Below are positions 17,527-26,961 of a DNA stretch of 64,000 nt, one piece after another (the stretch's first letter is position 1; each line of letters starts with the position of its first letter). The notes under the pieces are model-generated. The model searched no databases. It was not told the DNA's origin and worked only from the letters and a program-made list of their open reading frames with translations. The stretch spans positions 9,211-73,210 of the forward strand of contig JAJCXT010000032.1 of the NCBI GenBank assembly GCA_029263295.1, read 5' to 3'. Source of the stretch: Acidobacteriota bacterium. GTDB lineage: Bacteria > Acidobacteriota > UBA890 > WLXD01. Both the position numbers and the translations under genes were made by a program.

Positions 17527-19740
17527 TTGAGCAGCGTGAGGAGCCGTACACGACGGCGACCGCCAACCCTGCCATTGGTCGCCGCCGCCACCTTGGGCAT
17601 GGTGCTGCTCGGTGCCCTGCCGCTAGGGGCCCACGCCCAGGTCATCGACCTGGACGCGTTTCCGGCGCTGGAGCTCGACCAACTGAGCGCCGAGCATCGC
17701 GCTTGGCTCGAGCGGGAGGTGATGTGGATCATTGTCGACGGCGAGCGCGAGACCTTCATGCGCCTGCCGTCGGATGCGCAGCGCGACGAGTTCATGCGCC
17801 AATTCTGGATCCACCGCGACCCGACGCCAGGGACCGCGCGCAACGAATTCCGCGAACTCCACGACCAACGGCTAGCGTACGCCGACCGCGAGTACGGTCG
17901 CGAAACCGGCCGCGCGGGACGGCTTACCGATCGCGGCCGAGCGGTGGTGTTATTCGGTGCGCCGCGGGCGGTCGACCGCTTCCCCGGCAGTCCTGTCACC
18001 GTACCCCTCGAGGTGTGGTCCTATGCGGTCGACCCAGTGCTAGGGGTTCCGCCGTTCTTTTCGCTGGTGTTCTTTCGCGAGCGCGGCATTGGCGAGCATC
18101 GGTTGTACAGCCCGCTGGCCGATGGGCCCGAGCGATTGCTCAACCCCGCCGGTCAGGGCGAGGCCGCGAACCGCAGCGCGCAGAGCATCCGCGGTCGCAC
18201 TACCCGCGCTACGGGGTTCGGGGATCTTGCCAGCGTGCTGGATGTTCTCCGCACCGTCGATCTCGTCCTCGCGGACGTGTCGCTCAGTCTGATCCCGGGG
18301 GATCCGGCGACGATCGGCATCGCGCCGCTGCGCTCGGAGGATCTGCTCATTCGCATCGAGGACGTGCCCGATCGCATGATGCCCGACCCCACCTGGGCGT
18401 CGCGCTTGCTGGTGGGTACTGTCGACGCTGCCGTGCGTTTCGAAACTCTGCCGATTCAGATCATGGCCGCGCCGTTGATGGACCCGTCCGGTGTTCCCTA
18501 CCTGCACTACGCTATCCGCATCCCCGGCAAGCGCATCAACTTCGGCGCGTATGAGGAGCGCCACTACGCAACCTACGAGTTGACGCTCGCGGTGCGCGAC
18601 GATCAATTGCGTTTTCCGGTGGTGCCCGAGACGCGCACGGTGGAGCTGTTGCTCAGCGCCGACAACACCCGCGAGCTGCGCTCCAGTGGGCTCGTGCATC
18701 TGGGACGGTTGCCCATTCCCACCGGGCGCTTCCACCTCGATGTCACCGTGGAGAACAACGTTACCCATCAGTTCGGGCGTGGCGAAGTGGTTCTGCGCTC
18801 GGAGCCTTCCCATCCCGCCGCGGTGACCTCGAGCGATCCGTTTCTGATGAGTGGATACGATGCCCTGGGCGACGACTACGACCCCTACGGCGGTCACTTC
18901 CCGTTCCAGATCGGCGCTCATCTCATGATGCCGGTGCCCGACGGAACGGTTGCGACGGATGACACCGTCTGGGTATTTCACCAGCTCATGGCACCAGCCG
19001 ATGCCACGGGGCCCGGGATCGCCAGTTACGCTCTTGTTGATCGTAGCGGCACCGAGGTGGCCTCCAAGGAGTCGTCGCTGAACCTGGCTGCCAAAGACGA
19101 GTTCGGCGTCCTGAGCCAGTTGGCCGGGCTAGACCTCGCAGGAGTCGCGCCGGGTGAGTACACGCTTCAGGTGGACATCGACATCGACGATCGACCGCTC
19201 CATGAATTACCGCTTCGAGTCGTGCCTGCTGAGACCCTCGTGCCGCCGGTGCCGCACGCGAGCCAACAGCCACCGGCCAACGACAGCGGCGAATTGCTTA
19301 CGCGCGCTCTGCAACTGCGCACGCTCGGACGCACCGATGAGGCCATTGAGCAGCTGCACGCGTTGCTTGCCCGAGAACCCGACCACCACACCGCGACAGA
19401 GCTTCAGGCAGAGCTGCTGTCCGAGGCCGGTCGCCTCGATGATCTCGCCACGCTGCTCGGCGCGCGCGTGATCGATCAGCCCGACGATGTCGACGCTTTG
19501 CTGGCGCTGGCCGAGGTCGAGGCCCGACGTTCCAATGGCTACGACGCGATACGCTTCTACGAGCGTGCGCGCCTAGGCGGTGCACTCGAAACCCCGGCAC
19601 TGTTGAACGGTCTTGCCAGCGTCTATCTGGCCGACGGCAATGACGGGCGGGCCCGAGAGTTGTTCGAGCACTCGCTGCGCCTGGACCCGCAGCAGCCCCC
19701 CATCGCAGCGCTACTGCGGCGTCTCAGGGAGAATGAGTAG
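17527..19740 (+). CDS. GWxTD-domain secreted protein with C-terminal TPR-like repeats
   Basis: The track ORF 17161-19740 overlaps the GntR gene, so a likely start is TTG 17527 or GTG 17536 (alternative ATG 17599) before the signal peptide ...LVAAATLGMVLLGALPLGAHAQ. Blocks FWIHRDPTPGT..NEFRELHDQRLAYADREY, GRLTDRGRAVVLFGAP and PLEVWSY match the GWxTD family pattern as I recall it. The C-terminus is helical-repeat (TPR-like). Confidence 0.65.
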   Translation: MSSVRSRTRRRPPTLPLVAAATLGMVLLGALPLGAHAQVIDLDAFPALELDQLSAEHRAWLEREVMWIIVDGERETFMRLPSDAQRDEFMRQFWIHRDPTPGTARNEFRELHDQRLAYADREYGRETGRAGRLTDRGRAVVLFGAPRAVDRFPGSPVTVPLEVWSYAVDPVLGVPPFFSLVFFRERGIGEHRLYSPLADGPERLLNPAGQGEAANRSAQSIRGRTTRATGFGDLASVLDVLRTVDLVLADVSLSLIPGDPATIGIAPLRSEDLLIRIEDVPDRMMPDPTWASRLLVGTVDAAVRFETLPIQIMAAPLMDPSGVPYLHYAIRIPGKRINFGAYEERHYATYELTLAVRDDQLRFPVVPETRTVELLLSADNTRELRSSGLVHLGRLPIPTGRFHLDVTVENNVTHQFGRGEVVLRSEPSHPAAVTSSDPFLMSGYDALGDDYDPYGGHFPFQIGAHLMMPVPDGTVATDDTVWVFHQLMAPADATGPGIASYALVDRSGTEVASKESSLNLAAKDEFGVLSQLAGLDLAGVAPGEYTLQVDIDIDDRPLHELPLRVVPAETLVPPVPHASQQPPANDSGELLTRALQLRTLGRTDEAIEQLHALLAREPDHHTATELQAELLSEAGRLDDLATLLGARVIDQPDDVDALLALAEVEARRSNGYDAIRFYERARLGGALETPALLNGLASVYLADGNDGRARELFEHSLRLDPQQPPIAALLRRLRENE

Positions 19741-20714
19741 TGAAAACGAATCGGAACAGGATGGCACCCGGAGCGGCGAAGAGCGTGTGGCACCGACGAG
19801 TTGCAGCCGGCCTCAGTCTGGCCCTGTCGGCGGCCCTACTGCTGATCGCCGCAGATGCGGCGCTGGCACAGTCCAGCAACGCGGTCGTTGGCACCGACCA
19901 GGCCGCCAAGCTGATCCAGGAGGACCGGCTCGCGGAGGCACTCGAGCAACTCGACCGGATCATCGACAGGAGTGCCGAGTACTGGGAGGCCCATTACCAG
20001 CGCGGGCGCGCCCTAGCGCTCATGGGCCGAATGCAGGAGGCGCGCGATGCCCTGGTGTGGGCGGTGACGCTCAACCCTGGATTCGCGCATGGCCACTACC
20101 TCGCCTGGCTGGCGGCACTCGAGCTCGAGGACTACGGCACCGCCTGGGAGCAAGCGATCAGCGCAGAACTTGCGGGCCTCGACATGAGCGAGCAGTTTCC
20201 CAGGCTAACCGCCGTAGCTCAGGTTCCCGAGGACATTCTCGATCGACTCGGCGCCCCGCGCGTGTTCGTCGCACCGTTCAACACCGACGAGATCGAAGGC
20301 AACGCGGAACTGCCCTACAACCGCAATCCGCAGGTAGAGGAGAACCGGATCAGCCAGCGACCCGACGCGATCCAGGGGTCGTTCCGGCTACAGGAAGCGG
20401 CCCCCGAATTGCTCGAGTTGCATCGTCAGATGAGACTCGCCATTCAGCGAGCTCCTTACCTCGGGCTGACGCTCGACCCTGGCAACGCCACGGTGTACGT
20501 GCAGCTCACCCTCGACACTATCGGCGAGCGTTCGCCACGGCAGCTCGACGGCACCCTCCAGGCGGTTGCGGTCGAGACCGGCGAGGTGCGCTGGCAGCGC
20601 GAGGTCACGTTGCGCGATATTTCGTCGGTCGGTGCCATAGTGCCGGAGATCGAGCGCTACATCCGAGAGATGCAGGGCGAGATCCGCTACCGGGAACCTC
20701 AACAACGCCACTAG
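19740..20714 (+). CDS. Secreted TPR-repeat protein, function unknown
   Basis: GTG start overlaps the upstream stop by 1 nt. Signal peptide AAGLSLALSAALLLIAADAALAQ. TPR-like region AEYWEAHYQRGRALALMGRMQEARDALVWAVTLNPGFAHGHY. Confidence 0.6.
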   Translation: MKTNRNRMAPGAAKSVWHRRVAAGLSLALSAALLLIAADAALAQSSNAVVGTDQAAKLIQEDRLAEALEQLDRIIDRSAEYWEAHYQRGRALALMGRMQEARDALVWAVTLNPGFAHGHYLAWLAALELEDYGTAWEQAISAELAGLDMSEQFPRLTAVAQVPEDILDRLGAPRVFVAPFNTDEIEGNAELPYNRNPQVEENRISQRPDAIQGSFRLQEAAPELLELHRQMRLAIQRAPYLGLTLDPGNATVYVQLTLDTIGERSPRQLDGTLQAVAVETGEVRWQREVTLRDISSVGAIVPEIERYIREMQGEIRYREPQQRH

Positions 20715-20798
20715 GCCGCGGCCGAATTCCGGAGGCCGAACATGTGACCCGCGCGGTGGGGGTGGGGTGCCCTTGCGCACACGGACCACCTTGGCTAT

Positions 20799-20840
20799 TA
20801 TTGTACTCAATATAGGTTGGCTGTCAATATATCTTGTCAA
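20799..20840. promoter_or_regulatory. AT-rich control region upstream of padR 20855: TATTG-N4-CAATA plus direct TGTCAA repeat
   Basis: TATTGtactCAATA at 20799-20812. TGTCAA at 20822-27 and 20835-40. Same 5-4-5 AT-rich architecture as TTATGtagtCATAA at 10403-10416. Confidence 0.4.
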
Positions 20841-20854
20841 GGTGGAACCCCGCG

Positions 20855-21184
20855 ATGGCGCCGAAGAACCTCCCGATCGGAACGGTCATGGTGCTGCACG
20901 CGCTCGCGCGCGGGCACCAGTACGGTTTCGACGTGCTCGAGCAAACAGGCCTGACCAGCGGAACCGTCTACCCCGCGCTCGAACGACTCGAGAGTGTCGG
21001 CCTGGCGCGGTCGCGTTGGGAAGACGCCGAGGTGGCGCACCAGGCCAAGCGTCCCTCCCGCCGCTACTTTGAGATCACCAGCGCGGGTAAGGAAGAACTC
21101 ATTCGCGGTCTTGAGCGCTACAAAGCGCTGGCGCCGCTCACCATCGATGGCGTGGCGCATCCGCAAGGCGTTGACCGGACATGA
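20855..21184 (+). CDS. PadR-family transcriptional regulator
   Basis: The ATG at 20855 (MAPKNLPIGTVMVLHALARGHQYGFDVLEQTGLTSGTVYPALERLESVGLA...) has AGGTGG about 9 nt upstream. The track start at 20834 is a TTG. Confidence 0.8.
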   Translation: MAPKNLPIGTVMVLHALARGHQYGFDVLEQTGLTSGTVYPALERLESVGLARSRWEDAEVAHQAKRPSRRYFEITSAGKEELIRGLERYKALAPLTIDGVAHPQGVDRT

Positions 21185-23817
21185 CGGACCGAGTGCCGCA
21201 CGCGGCCCGGTGGACGATTGCGATCGCCGCGCTGCTCGTGCCTGGCTACGCGCGCCGCGCATGGCGCCGACAGTGGACAGCTGAACTCGAGCATCGGTGT
21301 TCGCAGAGCGCTCGGCCTCGAGGCACGTTCCGCTTCGCTCTCGGTTCGTTGTCTCATGCCGCCTTCCTGCGGCGAGAAGAGTTGACGGTGCGCGGGTGGG
21401 CGGGAGACCTCAGGCATTCGGCGCGAGCGCTAACCCAGAGCCCCGGATTCACGCTGCTCACGATCATGACGTTCGCGATCGGAATCGGAGCACCTGCCGC
21501 GATCTTCAGTCTGGCCGAGGCGGCGTTGTTGCGGCCGCTTCCCATGGAAGACGGCGAACGGCTGGTTCGCATTTACACCACGAAGGACGGCAACCGCTTC
21601 AGCGTCTCTTACCCGGACTTCGAGGACTTCACCTCGCGGACGGGCCTGTTCGAATCCGCGAGTTTTTACAGGAGTGGAGGCCGCGACGTTTCGGACGGTG
21701 AGGATGCCGAGCGGATCGCGGTTACCTGGGTGCACGACGACTTCTTCCAGACGCTCGGGACGCCGCCGGTAGTCGGCCGCGTGTTCACGCAGGATGATCA
21801 CGACCCCACAGCGGTCGCTACGCTCGTCCTCGCCGAGGACTTCTGGAACCGGCGCTTCGCGGGCGATGTAAACCTGATCGGGCAGACGATCCGTCTCGAT
21901 GGTACCCCGCACACGGTGATAGGCATCGTTGCACGAGACTCCGCGTGGCCCGTCGACGCTCAGGCGTGGACCCCCCTTCTCTGGGGCGGGCAGGTGCCCG
22001 CGGCGGACCGACGCAGATCGAACCACAGCTGGAACGTCATCGCTCGAGTGCAGCCAGGTGTCCGAATCGGCGATGCGTCGGTCCAGGTACGAGACATGGC
22101 GCGGCAGATCTACGCAGCCGACGACATCGACGAACGTGACGCCGGGTTCGAGGCACTGGTGATGGGGCTGGGGCCGTCCCGTACGCCCGACGAAGCCGTC
22201 GCTGGGTTCGGAGTGATGGGCGTAGCCGTTCTTCTCGTGCTGCTCGTCGCGTGCGTGAACGCCTCCGGATTACTGCTGTCGCGTGCGTCACTGCGCGTGC
22301 GGGAAATCTCCCTGCGGGCGACTCTGGGCGCCAGTCGCGTCCGGCTCGTTTGGATGCTGCTAGGCGAAAGCACGCTCCTGGCGGTGGCGGGTGGTGCTAC
22401 GGGCCTGATCGTCGCGTACCTCGGGCTGCGCGAAGTGCTGCGGTCGGCACCGGGTGGCCTGGACCGCCTGCTGCAGGTGCAACTGAATTGGTCGGTCCTT
22501 CTCGCGGCGTTCGTGATCAGCTTGTTGGCCGCCTTGCTGGCGGGCCTCGTTCCCGCTCTGAGGGCCGGGCGAATATCGGTCGCGGAGGCGATCAAAGATG
22601 GCGGAGCACAGGTGGGTGAGGGCCGCCGTGACAGTCGGCTGCGCCGCAACCTGGTGGTCATCGAACTGGCGCTGACGCTGGCGTTGTTGTTGGCCGCGGG
22701 CCTCGCGATTCAAGGTTTCCAGGGGCAGATCGCTGGCGATCCGGGTTTCGAAACGGACGACCTACTGTCATTCACCGTGCGGCTACCGGCGGCTCGATAC
22801 GAGACATCCGTTGAGGTCGGCGAGTACCACCGACAGGCGCTCGCCGCGCTCGAGCGCCATTCCGGCATCGCAGCCGCGACCGCGACGTCGCGACTTCCTC
22901 TCGGGGCCGGTGGGTTAGGCCTCCGGCGTGCCTTTATCTTCGATGGTGCACCGGAACCTCCGGACGGCGAGACGTTCGACGCCGACTGGGTCGAGGTCGA
23001 CGCTTCGTACTTCGGCACGCTCGGCATTAGGCCGACTGCCGGGCGGCCGTTCACCGATGCCGATGCGGCCGACACCGAACTGGTCGCCATCGTGAACAGT
23101 GAGATGGCCCAGCAGATGTCGCCCGGGAAACCGATCATCGGCAGGCGGATTCGATCGGTCTACGACGAGAACCTGTTGCGCACCGTCGTTGGTGTCATGG
23201 ACGACATCCAGTTCAACGGAATCGCAGGCGAGACTCGGACGCCGCTTGTTTTGGTGCCGCGTTCGCAATCGCCCAGACGCCAGTTGGCAGTCATTGTGCG
23301 ATCCAGCGGCGATCCCGCTGCGGTTATTCCGGAGATCCGGCGCCTGATGGCGGGCGTCGACGCGGACATCGCCCTCGACGAGTTGCAGTTGCTGCGCGAT
23401 GCGCACGCGGCAGGCCTTGCCCCGGTGCGCTTCCTCAGCGGAGCGTTCACACGCTTTGGGCTTCTCGCCCTGGTGCTCGCGTTGAGCGGCGTGTACGGGC
23501 TCATGTCGTATTCGGTCTCGCGACGAGGACGCGAGATCGGCATTCGCGTTGCGCTCGGCGCCTCCACGCGATCGGTTCGCGCCAGGGTGCTTCGTGAGGC
23601 CCTGAGCCTCGCAGCCATCGGGTGCGGGCTGGGAGGAATCGTCGCGTACGGATTGAGTCAGGCTCTAGCTCGTCTGCTCCCGGGAGTGGCGCAGCTCGAG
23701 TTGCTGACCGCCGGGGCGGCCGCGCTCGCTCTGGCGATCGCAGTGCTCGCCGCGAGCTGGATTCCGGCCCGTCGCGCCACACGGATCGATCCCATCGCCG
23801 CGCTGCGCAGCGAGTAA
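21181..23817 (+). CDS. ADOP-type permease
   Basis: 878 aa. ATGA overlap with the padR stop. ...LRHSARALTQSPGFTLLTIMTFAIGIGAPAAIFS TM1, two FtsX-type modules, tail SWIPARRATRIDPIAALRSE. Confidence 0.85.
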   Translation: MTDRVPHAARWTIAIAALLVPGYARRAWRRQWTAELEHRCSQSARPRGTFRFALGSLSHAAFLRREELTVRGWAGDLRHSARALTQSPGFTLLTIMTFAIGIGAPAAIFSLAEAALLRPLPMEDGERLVRIYTTKDGNRFSVSYPDFEDFTSRTGLFESASFYRSGGRDVSDGEDAERIAVTWVHDDFFQTLGTPPVVGRVFTQDDHDPTAVATLVLAEDFWNRRFAGDVNLIGQTIRLDGTPHTVIGIVARDSAWPVDAQAWTPLLWGGQVPAADRRRSNHSWNVIARVQPGVRIGDASVQVRDMARQIYAADDIDERDAGFEALVMGLGPSRTPDEAVAGFGVMGVAVLLVLLVACVNASGLLLSRASLRVREISLRATLGASRVRLVWMLLGESTLLAVAGGATGLIVAYLGLREVLRSAPGGLDRLLQVQLNWSVLLAAFVISLLAALLAGLVPALRAGRISVAEAIKDGGAQVGEGRRDSRLRRNLVVIELALTLALLLAAGLAIQGFQGQIAGDPGFETDDLLSFTVRLPAARYETSVEVGEYHRQALAALERHSGIAAATATSRLPLGAGGLGLRRAFIFDGAPEPPDGETFDADWVEVDASYFGTLGIRPTAGRPFTDADAADTELVAIVNSEMAQQMSPGKPIIGRRIRSVYDENLLRTVVGVMDDIQFNGIAGETRTPLVLVPRSQSPRRQLAVIVRSSGDPAAVIPEIRRLMAGVDADIALDELQLLRDAHAAGLAPVRFLSGAFTRFGLLALVLALSGVYGLMSYSVSRRGREIGIRVALGASTRSVRARVLREALSLAAIGCGLGGIVAYGLSQALARLLPGVAQLELLTAGAAALALAIAVLAASWIPARRATRIDPIAALRSE

Positions 23818-23868
23818 CTCGCGCGGCTGCTCAGGCCAGATCGACGACGCTGAGACTTCGGGTCGCGC

Positions 23869-26541
23869 CTACTCCGCTCGCAACGAGATCACCGGGTCCA
23901 CGCGTAGAGCGCGCACGGCCGGAACTAGGCAGGCGATGAGTCCGACCGCCGCGAGCAACACCGCGACCGAGGCGAACGCGATTGGGTCGACTGGCGCTAC
24001 ATCGAACAGGAAGCCTTCCAGGAGGCGGGTACTCGCCAGTGCTGCCGGAATGCCGACCGCGAGTCCCAGTCCGACTCGCAGCATGCCGCTGCGCAACACG
24101 ATGGCGACTATGTTGCTGCGCTCCGCACCGAGCGCAACGCGCAGGCCGAACTCGCGGCGACGTTGCGTGACCGCCTGGGCGAGGATTCCGTAAAGGCCAA
24201 CGAGCGAGAGAACGAGCGCCGTTGCCGAGAACAGACCCATGGCGATCGACATGAGACGCGGCTGCCCGATGGAGTCCGCGATGAGGTCTTCCATCGTGCG
24301 AATGTCGCCCAGCGGGACGGTCGGGTCCAGATCGAGAAGTACCGCGCGCAACTCGGGAACGATAGCGCTCGGGACGCCGCGTGTGCGAATAGCGATATTC
24401 ATCGTGCGTTCCGGACTCCGGACGTAGTTGGCGTAGAAGGTGGGCGCGTCAGCATCGGCCAGGGCTCCGACACGCACGTCCTCGACGACGCCTACCACCA
24501 GGCCGACGAGATCTCCGCCCCAGTCGGGCATCAGCCGCCTGCCGACGGCGCCCTCGCCTGGAAAGAGCGTCTCGGCCAGATCGCGACTGATGATCAGCTC
24601 GAATTCACCGTCGAGCCCCGCTCCAGCATCGAACGTGCGGCCAGCGACCAGCGGAATCTGGAGGGCTGCGAAGTACCCGGCCCGAACGATGCGTTGGTAG
24701 GCGAGCGGTTTCTGCACCGTGTCGGGCGGGGCGTCCGCGTCCCAGATCCCGATGTTGTTGCCGGGGTTGCGGATGGGCAGTTGAGTGGCCAGCGCCACGG
24801 CCTCGACTCCCGGTAGAGCTTCGAGCCTGGTGGCGAGTTCATCGAAGAAGGCGCGGCGTTCGTCGGTCGACTCCTGCTGACTTCCGCTGAGATTGATCTC
24901 AGCCGACAGCAGTTGCTGGGGTGAGAAACCAGGCCGCTGTCCACTCAGCGAGATGAAGCTGCGTACCAGCAGCGCAGACCCGATTAGCAGGACGACGGCG
25001 ACCGCCACCTGAGCGACTACCAGTCCCGAGCGGAGCTGGTTGCCGGCACCGACGCTTCCGCGGCCGCTCCGGAGCGCTTCCGAGGGACGATCGGGAATGA
25101 CGCGCAGCGCCGGAGCGGTTCCGAAGAGCAGGCTGATCACGACGGTTACCGCGAGCCCGAACAGGATGGCGGCAATACTCATGTCCAGGTCCTCGATACC
25201 GAGCACAGACAGTGGGATCACGCGCAGCATCATTCCACTCAGCCAGCTGGCGGCCACTATGCCGCCGACTCCGGCGACCATGCCGAGTACGAGGCTCTCT
25301 ATGGTCAGCTGTCGAATGATGCGGCTGCGGCTCGCTCCCAGCGCGGCGCGAATCGCAAGTTCGGCCTGACGTGTCGAGCCGCGGGCGAGAAGCAGGCTGG
25401 CCACGTTGCTGCCGGCGACCACCAGGACGAGGCCTGCGGTCGCCATCATCAAGAGAAGCTGTGGGCCAACGCTGCCTGTGATGGCCTCAGCCAGCGGCGT
25501 CAGGGCTAGCGCCTTCGTCTCGTTCGAGTCCGGGTACTCGCGCTGCAGGTCGCGGCTGATCACGTCGACGTCGGATTGAGCCTGCTCCAGGCTCACGCCA
25601 TCGCGCAGGCGGCCGATCATGAGCCAGTTGTGGAATCGTCGGGCTCCGGCGAACGGGCCGCCCATCTGCATGGGGCGCCAAACGTCGACCTCTAGCAGGA
25701 AGTGGAAATCGGGAGGCATCACACCCACGAGAGTGTGGGCCTCGCCATCGACGCGAACGGATTCGCCGATGACATCGGCTTCGCCACCGAGTTGCTCCTG
25801 CCAGAACCTGTAGCTCACCATCGCAACCGTCGTGCCAAGTTCGCCTTCCGTCTCGGTGAACCAACGCCCCAGCACGGGCTCCACTCCGAGCGTCCGGAAG
25901 AGGTTCCACGTCGCGTAAGCGTGCTTTACCCGACTAGGCTCGCGTTCGGTCACCACTGTGACAGGCAGAAAGAAAGGAGTGACCGCACCGAACTCGGAGA
26001 AGCTGCTGCTGCGTTCGCGATAGTCGGCCCAATCGGGCGCCGATCCGACGGGGTTGGGATACCCCTCGAACGTCGTCGCCGCCCAGACGAGGCGCTCCTG
26101 AGCCGGGTAGGGAAGCGGGCTCAGCAAGGCCGCTTCCACGAGCGAGAAGGTGGCGACGAGCGCGCCGATGCCGAGCACCAAAATGAACAGCAGCGCCGCG
26201 GTGGTACCCGGCGTGGAGCGTAGCGAGCGAATGCCGTAGACGACGTCCTGCAGCAACGTGTTCATGAAGGAATGCCGGTCGGGGAGATGAGACGAATGTG
26301 GAGAGGGAGGGGTTGAACGGAGCGAGCCGTTGAGCCGTGCACGCGCGTAGCGGCTGGCCACCGCGAGAGTCTCCCAACGCAGCCACGCACGCGCCGCCAA
26401 CACGCCGCGCTGGTCAACGAGCTCGTCGGCGTGTGCCTCGAGATCGCCAAGCAGCGACTCGCACGACAGGCGCCCGGGAACACAGCGCGCAAGCAGGCCC
26501 ACGCACCATCCGGGTGCGGTGCTGGCGCCCGTTCTGGCCAC
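23869..26541 (-). CDS. ADOP-type permease
   Basis: The track ORF reaches 26595 and overlaps padR by 53 nt. The GTG at 26541 lies 1 nt after the padR TGA and has GGAGGA about 7 nt upstream, so it is the likelier start. ...VVYGIRSLRSTPGTTAALLFILVLGIGALVATFS, tail CLVPAVRALRVDPVISLRAE. Confidence 0.8.
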   Translation of the reverse strand: MARTGASTAPGWCVGLLARCVPGRLSCESLLGDLEAHADELVDQRGVLAARAWLRWETLAVASRYARARLNGSLRSTPPSPHSSHLPDRHSFMNTLLQDVVYGIRSLRSTPGTTAALLFILVLGIGALVATFSLVEAALLSPLPYPAQERLVWAATTFEGYPNPVGSAPDWADYRERSSSFSEFGAVTPFFLPVTVVTEREPSRVKHAYATWNLFRTLGVEPVLGRWFTETEGELGTTVAMVSYRFWQEQLGGEADVIGESVRVDGEAHTLVGVMPPDFHFLLEVDVWRPMQMGGPFAGARRFHNWLMIGRLRDGVSLEQAQSDVDVISRDLQREYPDSNETKALALTPLAEAITGSVGPQLLLMMATAGLVLVVAGSNVASLLLARGSTRQAELAIRAALGASRSRIIRQLTIESLVLGMVAGVGGIVAASWLSGMMLRVIPLSVLGIEDLDMSIAAILFGLAVTVVISLLFGTAPALRVIPDRPSEALRSGRGSVGAGNQLRSGLVVAQVAVAVVLLIGSALLVRSFISLSGQRPGFSPQQLLSAEINLSGSQQESTDERRAFFDELATRLEALPGVEAVALATQLPIRNPGNNIGIWDADAPPDTVQKPLAYQRIVRAGYFAALQIPLVAGRTFDAGAGLDGEFELIISRDLAETLFPGEGAVGRRLMPDWGGDLVGLVVGVVEDVRVGALADADAPTFYANYVRSPERTMNIAIRTRGVPSAIVPELRAVLLDLDPTVPLGDIRTMEDLIADSIGQPRLMSIAMGLFSATALVLSLVGLYGILAQAVTQRRREFGLRVALGAERSNIVAIVLRSGMLRVGLGLAVGIPAALASTRLLEGFLFDVAPVDPIAFASVAVLLAAVGLIACLVPAVRALRVDPVISLRAE

Positions 26542-26542
26542 C

Positions 26543-26872
26543 TCAGTCCTCCTGCACGGCGTCGAGGCCGTCCCAAAGTGAATCCAGGTACGCACGAACT
26601 TCCTCGAGTTGTTGGATGCCTTCTGGGGTCACCTGGACATGACGTCGCGGACGTCCCCCGCGCCCCGGCTCGGCCGGCGCGCTCGACGAGGTCAGCAGGC
26701 CACGCTGCTGCAGCCGGTCGAGGGTGACGTACACAGCGCCGCGCGACACCTTTCGGTTCATCGTCGCCTGCAAACGCTCGAGGATCGCGGGCGCGTAGGC
26801 GCCCTCGCCCACCTGCCGGACGGCGAGCAGGACCATCTGTTCAAAGCTGCCGAGAAGATTTTGTCGACCCAT
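26543..26872 (-). CDS. PadR-family transcriptional regulator
   Basis: Start taken at ATG 26872 (MGRQNLLGSFEQMVLLAVRQVGEGAYAPAILERLQ...AVYVTLDRLQQRGLLTS). The track start at 26908 adds 12 residues. Confidence 0.75.
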   Translation of the reverse strand: MGRQNLLGSFEQMVLLAVRQVGEGAYAPAILERLQATMNRKVSRGAVYVTLDRLQQRGLLTSSSAPAEPGRGGRPRRHVQVTPEGIQQLEEVRAYLDSLWDGLDAVQED

Positions 26873-26961
26873 GTCGACAGTGTATGCATGGGGTGACAGC
26901 TGGCGCAAGGTTGCCCGTCGAGACGGTTGTCCGGGACGCCGCCGGTCCCCGCAACGGTGAA

